A stretch of DNA of 64,000 nt, taken from positions 25,086-89,085 of the forward strand of contig MHWB01000009.1 of NCBI GenBank assembly GCA_001823925.1, read 5' to 3'. The position numbers and the translations under genes are program-made. Positions 1 through 9,984 of this stretch are shown piece after piece (positions within the stretch are counted from its first letter, which is position 1; every line of letters begins with the position of its first letter). Under the pieces are notes generated by a model. That model ran no database searches. It saw only the letters and a program-made list of their open reading frames with translations, and was not told the origin of the DNA. This stretch comes from Candidatus Zambryskibacteria bacterium RIFCSPLOWO2_01_FULL_39_39. GTDB lineage: Bacteria; Patescibacteriota; Minisyncoccia; Phycocordibacterales; WO2-35-19.

Positions 1-466
1 CGGATGCAAGAGCAAAAGCCCCATCGTTAGAAGAAGTGAGTAAGGTAAAATCTCTTAAATCGCCGGCTCCCCAAGTGTCTCCAACCACAAGTTTAGAGTC
101 TCCTTCTGGTAGAAGGTCTTCTTCGGTTATTTGTATTTTTTGACCATCTTCCAATTTTCCTTCTGCAATAATGGCGGTCATCACTTTGGTTAGAGAAGCG
201 AGTGGTAATGGTAAGTCTCCATTTTTAGAAAATAATTCTCTATTATTTATAACATCCCAAACTACTGCACTTTTGGCTTCTAAATTTAATTCTTCAAATA
301 CGTTTGGGGTTTCAATTGCCACTGATCCCTCCTTTTGATTTAAAGATTTTTGACCGATTATTAAAAGAATAAAAATTAAAATTGATGCAACAAAGAGGCA
401 AAGAAGGACATGGATAAAATATTTAGTCCTCATTTCTATATTAAAAAATTGTTTAAAATTATTCAT
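1..466 (-). CDS. D-alanyl-D-alanine carboxypeptidase (serine-type, PBP5/DacA-like), partial; C-terminus lies beyond the window start
   Basis: Minus-strand translation from ATG at 464-466 reads MNNFKQFF..., with an N-terminal TM segment and the SxxK active-site motif (PLASLTKVMTA). The frame stays open to position 2. The start codon is uncertain; an alternative ATG lies at 431-433. Confidence 0.55.
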   Translation of the reverse strand, partial: MNNFKQFFNIEMRTKYFIHVLLCLFVASILIFILLIIGQKSLNQKEGSVAIETPNVFEELNLEAKSAVVWDVINNRELFSKNGDLPLPLASLTKVMTAIIAEGKLEDGQKIQITEEDLLPEGDSKLVVGDTWGAGDLRDFTLLTSSNDGAFALAS

Positions 467-983
467 GATCGCTTCCCTCTATTTTGTTTTTAAGCATCTC
501 AAATTCTGGTAACTCTTCAACCTTTTTTAATCCCAAATGGGCCAAGAGGGATAAACTACCCTTATACCTAAAGAGTCTTTGGTCTTTAGGATCTAGTTCT
601 CTTTCAATTAAACCGCGCACACAAAGATTTCTTAATATGAAAGTTGAATTAACTCCCCTTATATAATCTACCTCTCTTCGGGTTACTGGCCCATTATAGA
701 GTATTATGGAGAGTGTTTCTAGACCCGCTTTGCCTATCTCGCGACTCATTTCATCTTTGGCCATTTTTAGAATGAAATCCCTCGCCTCTTTTGATGTTGC
801 CAAACTAACCTCCGTGTCTGTTTCTATCAGACAAATACCTCTGCCACCCAGAGAATTTGCTAAATTTTTTAAAGCTTCCCTAACTTCTCCCTCTTCTCTT
901 TCTGCCAATTTAGAAAGTTTTTTTATTTCTAGGGGTTCATTTTTATAAAAGAGGATTGCTTCTATTTTTGATTCTAATGTCAT
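459..983 (-). CDS. scpB: segregation and condensation protein B
   Basis: 174-aa ORF. The wHTH ScpB-like sequence sits directly downstream of scpA. Confidence 0.8.
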   Translation of the reverse strand: MTLESKIEAILFYKNEPLEIKKLSKLAEREEGEVREALKNLANSLGGRGICLIETDTEVSLATSKEARDFILKMAKDEMSREIGKAGLETLSIILYNGPVTRREVDYIRGVNSTFILRNLCVRGLIERELDPKDQRLFRYKGSLSLLAHLGLKKVEELPEFEMLKNKIEGSDHE

Positions 984-984
984 A

Positions 985-1713
985 TCAATATGTGGGGGTG
1001 CTTATATTTTCCGATTCCATGCTTATATCTTCAAAATGTCTGCTCTGATTTACTCGGAGCATTCCCTGTTTTACTAATTCTAGCATAGCCAGAAAGCTCA
1101 CTATAACATTAACTTTCTCCGCTTTACCAACATGGGCGAAGTCGGAAAAGCTCGTTTTCAGGCTAGTCTGTACTCTGTCTTTTAATTTGTCTACCATTTC
1201 TTCTAAACTCATTATTTTTTGTACTACCATTTTAGGCAGATCTTCTATTTGTTGAGGTATATTTTGAAGCGCTTCCCTAAGTGCCCTCTTGAGGGACAAT
1301 AAGGTAATATCTGGCGTTGGAGCAAATACTACATTTATTTCCTTTCTCTCTTTTGCAAAATATAAAAAATTGCCAAACATCCTTTCAATATTTATTGATA
1401 ACTCTTTGTATTTTCTATAAGTAATTAGTCTGTTTTCCAAATCTTTGATACTTCCCTGTTCCTCGGTGGTGAGTGAAAGGTTTGGCAAAAGAGATTTTGA
1501 TTTTATCAAAAGCAGTGTCGAAGCAATCAAAATAAAATCAGCCGAGTCGGCTATCGGGAATTCTTCAAACGATTTTATATGTTCAATAAACTCATCAGCG
1601 ACGGCAGAGAGTGAGACATCACTTATATGGAGTTTTCGTTTTTCAATCAAATCTAAAAGGAGCGTAAGTGGCCCCTCAAACTCCCCCACCCTAACTTTAA
1701 AATCTGGATTCAT
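985..1713 (-). CDS. scpA: segregation and condensation protein A
   Basis: 242-aa ORF with the ScpA/kleisin-like N-terminus (LLDLIEKRKLHISDVSLSAV). Confidence 0.8.
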   Translation of the reverse strand: MNPDFKVRVGEFEGPLTLLLDLIEKRKLHISDVSLSAVADEFIEHIKSFEEFPIADSADFILIASTLLLIKSKSLLPNLSLTTEEQGSIKDLENRLITYRKYKELSINIERMFGNFLYFAKERKEINVVFAPTPDITLLSLKRALREALQNIPQQIEDLPKMVVQKIMSLEEMVDKLKDRVQTSLKTSFSDFAHVGKAEKVNVIVSFLAMLELVKQGMLRVNQSRHFEDISMESENISTPTY

Positions 1714-1717
1714 TTTT

Positions 1718-3115
1718 CTATTTACCCCCTTCTCTTATTTTAATATGGAGTTCTCGGAGTTGAGTCTCAGAAATCTCAGAAGGAGCGTTCATCATCAAAT
1801 CTTTACCCTCGCCGGTCTTTGGGTAAGCTATCACCTCTCTGATGTTAGGTTCGTTTTGAAGTATCATTACAATGCGGTCAATACCAGGGGCAAAACCTCC
1901 GTGTGGCGGTGCGCCATATGTGAAAGCTTCTAACATGTGGCCAAATTTTTTCAAAGTTTCCTCGTCTGAAATATTGAGAAGTTTGAAAACTTGTTTTTGT
2001 TCAGCTCCGTCGTGGATCCTGATAGAACCCGAAGAGAGCTCATAACCATTTAAGACTAGGTCATAAGAGTTGGCGCGAATGTTGTATAAATCTTCACCTT
2101 TCATAAACTTCTCTTTATCTTCTGGTTTAATTGAACAAAATGGGTGGTGAGCAGCGGCGATGGAACCATCATCTTTTTTCTCAAACATAGGAAAGTCTGT
2201 AATCCAAGCAAAAGCCAATTCGTCTGGATCATTTTTATCTTTTCTTAAATCTGGTTTATCGGTGCCATATTTTTTCATAACTTCGGCAAAAGTGAATCGT
2301 GGGAAAGGTGTCTCTGTATTTTTTTTGTTTGGGTACAAAGTTTTAACGAGCTCAATAAACATGGCCTCGGTGTAAGAGAGTACATCTTCTTGTTCCACAA
2401 AAGACATCTCAAAGTCCAACTGAGTAAATTCTGGTTGCCTGTCCCCGCGGGAGTCCTCATCGCGCATGCACCTGGCAATTTGAAAATATTTTTCAAAACC
2501 AGCAACCATTGAGAGTTGTTTGAATTGCTGCGGTGACTGTGGCAAAACATAAAATTTACCATGGTAAAGTCGGGATGGTATCACGTACTCCCTAGAACCT
2601 TCCGGGGTCCCTTTCATCATGATTGGGGTTTCAATTTCTACGAAATCATTTTTATGCATATAATCGCGGAAAAAAGAAATTATTTTATCTCTCATTCTAA
2701 TATTTTTTTGCATTCTTTCACTTCTTAAATCCAAATATCTGTATTTTAATCTAGCATCCTCACTCACCTCTTTTGTATTTGAAGAGATGTCAAAAGGCAA
2801 AGTTTCTGCTTTGTTTAAAACTTCAATATTTTTTACCTCGAGTTCAATATCGCCGTTTAAAACCCCTGCTTTAATATTTTTTTCAGGTCTTTTGTTTACA
2901 ACTCCGGTGACAGCTAGGACCCACTCGGTGCGCATCTCTTTGGCCGTTTCAATGGCTAGGCTTTTGGGCAGTACGACACACTGTACCAACCCTGAAAAAT
3001 CCCTCATATCCATAAAAACCATTTTCCCCTGGTCGCGCCTTACGTTTACCCAACCCTTAATAGTGACTTCTTTTCCTAGATTCTCCTTTAAATCTTTTAT
3101 ATAAGTTCTTTTCAT
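1718..3115 (-). CDS. lysS: lysyl-tRNA synthetase, class II
   Basis: 465 aa with an OB-fold N-terminus and class II motifs (FYVLPQSPQ, GGFAPGIDRIVM). Confidence 0.9.
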   Translation of the reverse strand: MKRTYIKDLKENLGKEVTIKGWVNVRRDQGKMVFMDMRDFSGLVQCVVLPKSLAIETAKEMRTEWVLAVTGVVNKRPEKNIKAGVLNGDIELEVKNIEVLNKAETLPFDISSNTKEVSEDARLKYRYLDLRSERMQKNIRMRDKIISFFRDYMHKNDFVEIETPIMMKGTPEGSREYVIPSRLYHGKFYVLPQSPQQFKQLSMVAGFEKYFQIARCMRDEDSRGDRQPEFTQLDFEMSFVEQEDVLSYTEAMFIELVKTLYPNKKNTETPFPRFTFAEVMKKYGTDKPDLRKDKNDPDELAFAWITDFPMFEKKDDGSIAAAHHPFCSIKPEDKEKFMKGEDLYNIRANSYDLVLNGYELSSGSIRIHDGAEQKQVFKLLNISDEETLKKFGHMLEAFTYGAPPHGGFAPGIDRIVMILQNEPNIREVIAYPKTGEGKDLMMNAPSEISETQLRELHIKIREGGK

Positions 3116-3119
3116 TTTT

Positions 3120-4091
3120 TTATATTACCCCTATCGCTCTTTTAACCGCTATCATTTTTTGGCTCGCTTTTGCACGGGCTCTCTCTTTGCCTTCTGCCAA
3201 AACTTTTTGCACAAAATTTAAATCTTTAGCGATTTCCTCCCTTCTTTCTCGTAATGGTCTTATAAAATTTTTCAAATCTTCAATCAAAATATCTTTCAAT
3301 ACTTTATACTTACCCTTATTTTCCTCATAAATTTTATCGAGCTCGGCCACAGATCTGAAAAGTTTATGGATATAAAAAACATTTTCTGGGTATTCGGCTT
3401 TGGAATCAGTGACAATGCTCATTACCGCTTTCTCAATCTCTTCATCACTAGCGAAAAGTGGGATAGTGTTGTTATAACTCTTGCTCATCTTTCTGCCATC
3501 GGTGCCGGGCACGGTCTCTACATCTTTTATAATGAGAGCTTCGGGTAGTTTAAAAATTTCACCTGTGGTGAGCGAAGTCGAACCACTGAAAATCCTGTTA
3601 AATTTTTCGGCCGTGTCTCTAGCAAATTCTATATGTTGTTTTTGGTCCTGTCCTACTGGCACTACATCTGTGTCATATAATAAAATATCTGCCGCCATCA
3701 ACATTGGATATGTAAAAGTGCCGGCGCTCACATCTTCTTCTCCTCCTTTCGCCATAGCATCTTTGTAAGCATGAGCTCTTTTTAAATAAGGGACAGTGGT
3801 GATGGTATCAAAAATCCAGGCAAGCTCGGTATGCTCTGGCACATCTGATTGTTTAAAAATTATTGATTTTTTGGGGTTTAGACCTATAGCCAAAAAGTCA
3901 ATTGCCACATCCAACGATAGTTCTCTCATCTCCTTGGCATTTTGGATAAGGTTTAAAGCGTGATAGTCCGCTATCATAAAGTAGCTCTGGTACTCATTTT
4001 GAAGCTCCACAAACTGACGCATTGCACCAAAATAGTTTCCAATATGTGGCCGCCCAGTCGGCTTTACTCCTGAAAGTATGGTTTTTTGCAT
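3120..4091 (-). CDS. trpS: tryptophanyl-tRNA synthetase
   Basis: 323 aa with HIGNY (HIGH-like) and KMSKS motifs. Confidence 0.9.
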   Translation of the reverse strand: MQKTILSGVKPTGRPHIGNYFGAMRQFVELQNEYQSYFMIADYHALNLIQNAKEMRELSLDVAIDFLAIGLNPKKSIIFKQSDVPEHTELAWIFDTITTVPYLKRAHAYKDAMAKGGEEDVSAGTFTYPMLMAADILLYDTDVVPVGQDQKQHIEFARDTAEKFNRIFSGSTSLTTGEIFKLPEALIIKDVETVPGTDGRKMSKSYNNTIPLFASDEEIEKAVMSIVTDSKAEYPENVFYIHKLFRSVAELDKIYEENKGKYKVLKDILIEDLKNFIRPLRERREEIAKDLNFVQKVLAEGKERARAKASQKMIAVKRAIGVI

Positions 4092-4134
4092 GTGATTTGG
4101 CGAAATTATGTGACTTCATAATAGCAAAAATTCA

Positions 4135-5007
4135 TTATTTTGCACACCAGAGGGCAAAAATAGACATAGGTAGGAGTCTGGTTGAATTCTCCTGTTTTAT
4201 GACAAGCTCGCCTGATTCAATTCTACCATTCAAACCTTTTGTCGTGTCTCTAAGTAAATTAGCGACAGATAAAGAAGAGAGTTCGGTAGCATACATATTG
4301 AAAATCACGAAAAGTGGCTCATCACTCAAAATTTCTCGGCAAGCTTTCAAAAGTTCTGGCAATTTTTCTTCTATTTTCCAAATCTCCCCCTTTGGCCCTT
4401 TTCCAAACTGAGGCGGGTCCATAATCAGGCAGTCGTATTTTTTACCCTGCCTCTTTTCTTTATTTATAAATTTAAGAACATCATCTAATATCCAACGGAT
4501 GGGAGCGTCTTCTAATTCGGATAGTTTTTGGTTTTCTCTTGCCCAATCAATGCTAGCTTTTGAAGCATCTACGTGAGTGATTCTCGCTCCCGCCCTTGCT
4601 GCCACCAAACTGGCGATTCCTGTGTAGCCGAATAGGTTTAAAACATTTAAACTATTCGGAATTTTCAATCCGTTCAACAAGCTCAGGACAGGTTTAGAAT
4701 TTTCAGTTTTCAATTTTTCTGCAATCCACTGCCATTGCGATATTTGCTCTGGGAAAATGCCAATATGTTTTGAACCACTTTTAAATTTTATTTTGGCTTT
4801 GACTCCTTCAAAAATATCTACAATCGTCTCTAAAACTGTTTCTGTATTTCTCCACTCATTTTCTGACAATTCTCTTTTCCACCAAGCTCTCGGCTCGGCT
4901 CTCACAATCCTTACTCCCCTTATTTCCTCCAGCTTCTTTTTATCCCCACAATCCAAAAGCTTGTAACCTTCCATCTCCCCCGCCCATATTTTGGTTGAAT
5001 CTTGCAT
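4135..5007 (-). CDS. class I SAM-dependent RNA methyltransferase (RlmI/RlmK-like)
   Basis: 290 aa with a GYTGIASL SAM-binding glycine motif and the DPPQF motif. Confidence 0.55.
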   Translation of the reverse strand: MQDSTKIWAGEMEGYKLLDCGDKKKLEEIRGVRIVRAEPRAWWKRELSENEWRNTETVLETIVDIFEGVKAKIKFKSGSKHIGIFPEQISQWQWIAEKLKTENSKPVLSLLNGLKIPNSLNVLNLFGYTGIASLVAARAGARITHVDASKASIDWARENQKLSELEDAPIRWILDDVLKFINKEKRQGKKYDCLIMDPPQFGKGPKGEIWKIEEKLPELLKACREILSDEPLFVIFNMYATELSSLSVANLLRDTTKGLNGRIESGELVIKQENSTRLLPMSIFALWCAK

Positions 5008-5019
5008 ACTTCTACAATA

Positions 5020-6672
5020 TCATAAAAACAAGCGGACGAGGCGGAGGTCTTCGTAGGAGTATTTGGGGCCGAGCAATTCTTTGACTTTCGCCAGTTTATA
5101 CCCTCCACCCTCACTTACGCCCACCTTGTGAAAAGCATTATAAATTTCTTTAAATTTATTTTTAGTGATACTACTTTGGAGATTGTATATATTGTAATTT
5201 GGATCTTTTTCTTTTATTTTTTCTATATGATCTATGATCGTGCCAAGTTTGAGTCCCCTTTCTTTGGCAATATCTTTCAAGATTTTTCCATCATCTAACA
5301 TTTTTTTGGTTTCGTCCACTGTATCTATTTTTCCCTTGCCCGCCGTAGCGGGAGCGGAGGAGGGTCCCCTTATTTTTATGGCAAATTCATTATGCATTTT
5401 AGAAAGCTTTTCTTCCCCCATTGTTTTAATATGAAAAGAATTGGTTTTGGAAAGGTCTCTAAATGTTTTATCAAATCCCAAAACCTCCTCATTTACTCGG
5501 AGCGCCATGTCATTTAATCCTTTAAGAAAAAGCCCTTCTAGCGAGCGGACTCGAGAAAGGGCCACATAACCCATACCCTTTTCAAAAGAGGCGGATAAGT
5601 CAATTGAAGCGGCGTCAAGTGACATCCCCTGGCTTTTGTGTACGGTGATGGCCCAAGCTAAACGCAAGGGGTATTGGGTTATTTCGGCCTTGCTTCTCCC
5701 ATCTTCTTCTATTCGCCATGTTTCTCTTACTACATCTATAATCTTGCCAGAAAGGATTTTTACTTTTATTTCTTCAAACACGCACTTTTCGACTGTGCCC
5801 AAGGTACCGTTGACGAAGCCCTCTTCAAAATTATTTTTAACAAACATTACTTTGGCGCCAACCTTTAGTCTCAAAGTTTCGGGCGCTAGGCAACTCTTTT
5901 TCAAAGATTCTACCAAATTATGCCTACCCCTTTCCTGCATTTCATATTCAAAAACTTTACCAGAAATTTTTGAAAGCTCTGCTTCGTTTTCACTATTTAC
6001 ATCTTTATTGTGGGAATAAAGTTTGGTTGGTTCAAAATCTGCTTTTTTATTAAACCTAGTCTCCAAAACTTTTAGAGTCTCTTCTGAGACCGTGGCATCC
6101 CTTACCGCGTTTAAAATTTCCAAGTATTTCAAATCGCTTTGTCTATGCTGTTCTGAAAGGTAGCAGACTTTGAGCTTAAGATTTTTCCAGGTATCGGAGT
6201 GATAAGCAAAAAATACTTCCGGCTCAAAAGATTTTCTTACTGGTGGCAATTGAAAAAAGTCTCCGCAAAAAACTACCTGCATACCCCCAAAGGGCTCTAC
6301 TGAGTTTTTTATTTCCTTAACGATCCTATCTAAGAGATCAAGACGGTAGTGGTGAAGCATTGATATCTCGTCAATAATCAGGACAGACGCTTTTTTGACC
6401 TTGTCTTTTACGTGTTTTTTTTCAACAATTTCTTGTAAATCACCTTTACTTAAACTGTCTCTTACTCCCAAACCAGACCAAGAATGAATAGTGATGCCGC
6501 CCATACCGGTTGCAGCGATGCCGGTGGAAGCAGTGATGCCTATATAAGCGTTAAGATTTTGCAAATAATTTATATATTCTCGTAAGACATAAGTTTTGCC
6601 ACTACCGGCGGCGCCAGTTAAAAATACGTTTCTACCGGTTTTTAAGATGTCCAGAGCTTCTTTTTGAGTCAT
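5020..6672 (-). CDS. PIF1/RecD-family ATP-dependent DNA helicase with a C-terminal HTH extension
   Basis: 550 aa. Walker A GAAGSGKT, DEISM and VHKSQGMSLD helicase motifs. Confidence 0.7.
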   Translation of the reverse strand: MTQKEALDILKTGRNVFLTGAAGSGKTYVLREYINYLQNLNAYIGITASTGIAATGMGGITIHSWSGLGVRDSLSKGDLQEIVEKKHVKDKVKKASVLIIDEISMLHHYRLDLLDRIVKEIKNSVEPFGGMQVVFCGDFFQLPPVRKSFEPEVFFAYHSDTWKNLKLKVCYLSEQHRQSDLKYLEILNAVRDATVSEETLKVLETRFNKKADFEPTKLYSHNKDVNSENEAELSKISGKVFEYEMQERGRHNLVESLKKSCLAPETLRLKVGAKVMFVKNNFEEGFVNGTLGTVEKCVFEEIKVKILSGKIIDVVRETWRIEEDGRSKAEITQYPLRLAWAITVHKSQGMSLDAASIDLSASFEKGMGYVALSRVRSLEGLFLKGLNDMALRVNEEVLGFDKTFRDLSKTNSFHIKTMGEEKLSKMHNEFAIKIRGPSSAPATAGKGKIDTVDETKKMLDDGKILKDIAKERGLKLGTIIDHIEKIKEKDPNYNIYNLQSSITKNKFKEIYNAFHKVGVSEGGGYKLAKVKELLGPKYSYEDLRLVRLFL

Positions 6673-6758
6673 GAGTCTTATTGTATTCCTTTCCTCCTAT
6701 TTTTCAATTTTTGCTCCCGCTTTGGCTTTGACAAATACTTTCACTTTCATAAAATTTG

Positions 6759-6786
6759 TTGACAAAAATTTATCTTTGTATATAAT
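6759..6786 (+). promoter_or_regulatory. near-consensus sigma70-type promoter (TTGACA-16-TATAAT)
   Basis: TTGACA at 6759-6764 and TATAAT at 6781-6786 on the plus strand. It points into a GC-rich ORF-free segment, antisense to the flanking genes. Confidence 0.45.
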
Positions 6787-6792
6787 AACTAT

Positions 6793-6947
6793 AGGTTTTT
6801 CATCTTGATCTTGCTCTTGCTCTCGCAGAGGCACCCGGTCAGGTGTCCTACGTCCGTGCCGCCCCATGGTCGAGGCGCTCTTCTGGTGTTGTAATCTCCT
6901 TGCGATACCAGATACAGAGCGCCTCCTGTGGGGTGGCTTTTATTTAC
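6793..6947 (+). ncRNA. candidate small structured RNA (unknown family)
   Basis: A roughly 150-nt GC-rich segment in an AT-rich intergenic region, directly after the strong promoter. It contains a 10-bp stem (GAGGCGCTCT...AGAGCGCCTC) and a GGCAC...GTGCC stem, and ends in GGCTTTTATTT. Confidence 0.25.
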
Positions 6948-6952
6948 AAATG

Positions 6953-8626
6953 TTAATTTATTGGAAGTTCGATTGTAAAGGTAGTCCCCTTGCCTACTCC
7001 TTCTGACACCACCTTAATATCACCCTGATGGGCTTCTGCCATTTTTTTGGCTATATATAAACCTAGACCGGTGCCGATGACGTTGGTTTTGCTGGCGTCT
7101 TTGGTTCGAGAAAATTTACTAAATAGTTTGTTTATTTCACTAGGGTCAATACCAACTCCGCTATCTTTGACCGCTATCTTTACCTGCCTAACGGCAGGCA
7201 GGTTTTTATTTTCATCTTCAAATACAGAAATTTTAATACTGCCATGGATTGTGTATTTCACTGCATTATCAATAACGTTACCGATCACCTGTTTGATTTT
7301 ATTCCTATCAGCATTTATTTTGGCAGAAAAATTGAATGGCTCTAATTCCAAAGACAAACCTGCATCTAAAATATTTGGTTTAAGTTCATTTGCCACTTCT
7401 TTTACAAGCTCTCCTACATCAAAGATACTTTTTTCATAAACCATCCTGCCTTGCTCAATCCGCGAGATGTTTAAGAAGTCCCCGACTATATTTATCAAAT
7501 TTTGGCAAGATTTTCTAATAGTCTCTACCGAATCCTTTGCCTTCTGTGGTAATACGCCAAAATCACCCTCCAAAAGCATTGAGGAGTAGCCCTTTATGGC
7601 GGTGAGTGGCGCCCTTATTTGGTGGGTGGCAAGCGATAAAAACTCTGACTTTAAATTATCCAACTCCCGCAGTTTTTCATTTGCCCTCTCAAGATCCTTC
7701 GCCAACACTTCAATCTTTTCCCTTTGTTCTACCTCCCTTTTTACCGAGCGGACTAATAAAATTCCAACGATAAGAAATAGAATCAAAGTAAGAGAAACAA
7801 TAATTCTTACGTTATTTATATCATTTACAAAAAGTACAGCACAAAGTGCAATCCATAAAGCCGTTATTAAAGCTTGAGTTCCGATTAGTTTGACATTAAA
7901 TGTTTTAAATTTGACTATTGAATAAACTAAAAATCCGGCAAATATAGGCATTCCAAATAATCCATACTGACCCAATTCCCAATTCTCTGTAAAACTTCCT
8001 ATTATATTTCCCCATGCGAAAGCAAATAAAAATAACACGACACCAGTAGAAAGGGAGAATATTTCTTTCCGATTCAAATTTCCTGGCTTATGAAGTTTTC
8101 GTATTGAATACCCAATAATTATTATGGTCATAAGAATTTCTACTGCATATGTATAGTAGAGAGCTATTGGACCCTCTACGCTAAGGCATGTAGAAATATC
8201 AAATCCTGACAAACTGTACTTTGTTGGTACAAAAATTAGCAGTGGCGTATAAATCAAAAATAAAAATAATTTAGAAATAAAAGGTAAATCTTTCTTTTCC
8301 AAAAATAAATATAGTAAATAAAACCCCCCTATATATACTAATGGCTCAATAAGTATAATAATAGACCACACAAACATTACCACATCACTTCTATTGCTTG
8401 CCCAAAAAATTGAATCTAAAAATACCCATAGAGCAAAAGTGATTATGGTTACAAAAAGAACCCTATTTGGAATGGAGTTTTTATTCTGAAAAAATACAAA
8501 AAAAGCTAACAAGAGAGAAATTATAATTATTGGTAAATGAGAATAGTAAACTAGTGGAGCGACATCTGCACCAAACAATAACCATTTTGGTCCTTCAAAA
8601 TTACACAATTCTATTAAAGTTTCCAT
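6953..8626 (-). CDS. sensor histidine kinase with a multi-TM N-terminal domain
   Basis: 557 aa. The HisKA H-box (LSLATHQIRAPL) and HATPase_c motifs (DSGVGI, GTGLGL) follow about 8 TM helices. Confidence 0.8.
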   Translation of the reverse strand: METLIELCNFEGPKWLLFGADVAPLVYYSHLPIIIISLLLAFFVFFQNKNSIPNRVLFVTIITFALWVFLDSIFWASNRSDVVMFVWSIIILIEPLVYIGGFYLLYLFLEKKDLPFISKLFLFLIYTPLLIFVPTKYSLSGFDISTCLSVEGPIALYYTYAVEILMTIIIIGYSIRKLHKPGNLNRKEIFSLSTGVVLFLFAFAWGNIIGSFTENWELGQYGLFGMPIFAGFLVYSIVKFKTFNVKLIGTQALITALWIALCAVLFVNDINNVRIIVSLTLILFLIVGILLVRSVKREVEQREKIEVLAKDLERANEKLRELDNLKSEFLSLATHQIRAPLTAIKGYSSMLLEGDFGVLPQKAKDSVETIRKSCQNLINIVGDFLNISRIEQGRMVYEKSIFDVGELVKEVANELKPNILDAGLSLELEPFNFSAKINADRNKIKQVIGNVIDNAVKYTIHGSIKISVFEDENKNLPAVRQVKIAVKDSGVGIDPSEINKLFSKFSRTKDASKTNVIGTGLGLYIAKKMAEAHQGDIKVVSEGVGKGTTFTIELPIN

Positions 8627-8685
8627 TCTATATATTTAATATGATATGATTTTAACATTATCCAAATATTATTCAAATAACAATC

Positions 8686-9087
8686 ATGATTTTAGTTAAA
8701 ACAAAATTAGGGAAAAGTATTAAACATGGAATAGGACTTTTGGCAGATCAATTTATTCCTAAGGGTACAATAACGTGGGAGTATCATCCCCTTTTTGATT
8801 CAGCATTTACCGATGAAGAAATTAATCAAATGTCCGAACCAGCAAAAAAACAATTTTTTCATTACGCATATTTTGATAAAGATTTAGATAAACACGTTTT
8901 GTGTTTTGATGACCAACGATTTATTAATCATTCTGCTAAGAAAGAAGATATAAATATTCAGTCTTTTACTCGTAAAGACATTGCTCTCAAAGATATTCAT
9001 CTTGGAGAAGAATTATTATGTGATTATGATCAATTTGATAATACTTATTTTGATCGCATTAATCTAGATAGATCAAATCTTATTTGA
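8686..9087 (+). CDS. SET-domain protein (putative lysine methyltransferase)
   Basis: 133 aa with GIGLLADQFIPKGTIT, RFINHS (NHSC-like) and GEELLCDYD (ELxxDY) SET motifs. Confidence 0.55.
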   Translation: MILVKTKLGKSIKHGIGLLADQFIPKGTITWEYHPLFDSAFTDEEINQMSEPAKKQFFHYAYFDKDLDKHVLCFDDQRFINHSAKKEDINIQSFTRKDIALKDIHLGEELLCDYDQFDNTYFDRINLDRSNLI

Positions 9088-9670
9088 TTTTTTTAGAAAA
9101 TCTAGTCTTTGGAAAATAAAGAAGTGTTGCAACTGAACCACTGGTTATAGACATATATATTGGATATATGAGTACTCCAAATGTTGCAGAACCTATTGCA
9201 CCAAAATTCAATACATTACCAATAAATGTAAGTAGCCAAGAAAATCCACTCTCACCCGTAGGTTCTAAATAGGATTTTTTGATTGTAGGTAACATGCCGA
9301 CAAAATCCATACTTAAATTAAGGATTAAGGCAATAACTGGACTTTTAAATATATACCATAGTACTAGTCCCGTCATTGATACAAAGAAGCATGTTATATC
9401 AAAAGGGTTTAAGCCACCCTCTCCATATTTAATAGAAAGTATTGCTACTATGAAAATTCCAAACACATCAGCTACTGGAACCCAAATGGTATCTACTGCT
9501 CCAGAGAAATAATAACTAATTCCAGTAACACTCCCTACTATAGTGAGTATCCACCAAGTTGCTCTGCTTGGTTTTGTTTCTCCTTTTAAAATTGAGATTA
9601 TATATACAATATAAGCTCCGAAGGATATGATTCCTGCTACAACTCCAAATATATAAGTTATTGTAAACAT
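9080..9670 (-). CDS. integral membrane protein, unknown function
   Basis: 196 aa with 5-6 predicted TM helices. Confidence 0.45.
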   Translation of the reverse strand: MFTITYIFGVVAGIISFGAYIVYIISILKGETKPSRATWWILTIVGSVTGISYYFSGAVDTIWVPVADVFGIFIVAILSIKYGEGGLNPFDITCFFVSMTGLVLWYIFKSPVIALILNLSMDFVGMLPTIKKSYLEPTGESGFSWLLTFIGNVLNFGAIGSATFGVLIYPIYMSITSGSVATLLYFPKTRFSKKIK

Positions 9671-9673
9671 TTT

Positions 9674-9802
9674 TTATTCTAACGCGGTACCATCTTCAAT
9701 GTAAAAATCCTTATCAACCGTTGTTCTTTTATATGTCATTACTACAGACACTATAATAGAGATAAAAAATATAGTTATTAAAATTTTTGATTTTTTATCC
9801 AT
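9674..9802 (-). CDS. small single-TM protein (42 aa), hypothetical
   Basis: ATG at 9800-9802; reads MDKKSKILITIFFISIIVSVVMTYKRTTVDKDFYIEDGTALE. It stops 4 nt before the start of the 196-aa membrane protein. The six-frame ORF track (60-aa minimum) does not list it. Confidence 0.25.
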   Translation of the reverse strand: MDKKSKILITIFFISIIVSVVMTYKRTTVDKDFYIEDGTALE

Positions 9803-9849
9803 TTGAATATTTTAATCCCCTCTTAATAAAATTATGTTCTATATCTTGC
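9803..9849 (+). repeat. direct repeat copy 1 (duplicate of the speH 3' end)
   Basis: About 47 nt with roughly 85% identity to 11089-11135; the core cccctcttaataaaattatgYtctatatcttgc is identical apart from one Y position. Confidence 0.6.
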
Positions 9850-9984
9850 CTGTCTGGTTTTAATATAACTCTTGGATTATTTTTGTCAACTATCAAAACT
9901 CTCTAGCCACAACACCAAAATTCAAACACACTTTAATTATACAGTAAAATCTATCCTCTAACAAAATTTTTGTTTATAAAAAAA

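Noticed and set aside
6826-6945. SRP (4.5S) RNA, because of the GGTCAGGT motif.
   Set aside because: The GNRA tetraloop and AGCAGCC 3' half of helix 8 are not present, and the ends do not pair into the expected long hairpin. It is kept only as a generic sRNA candidate.
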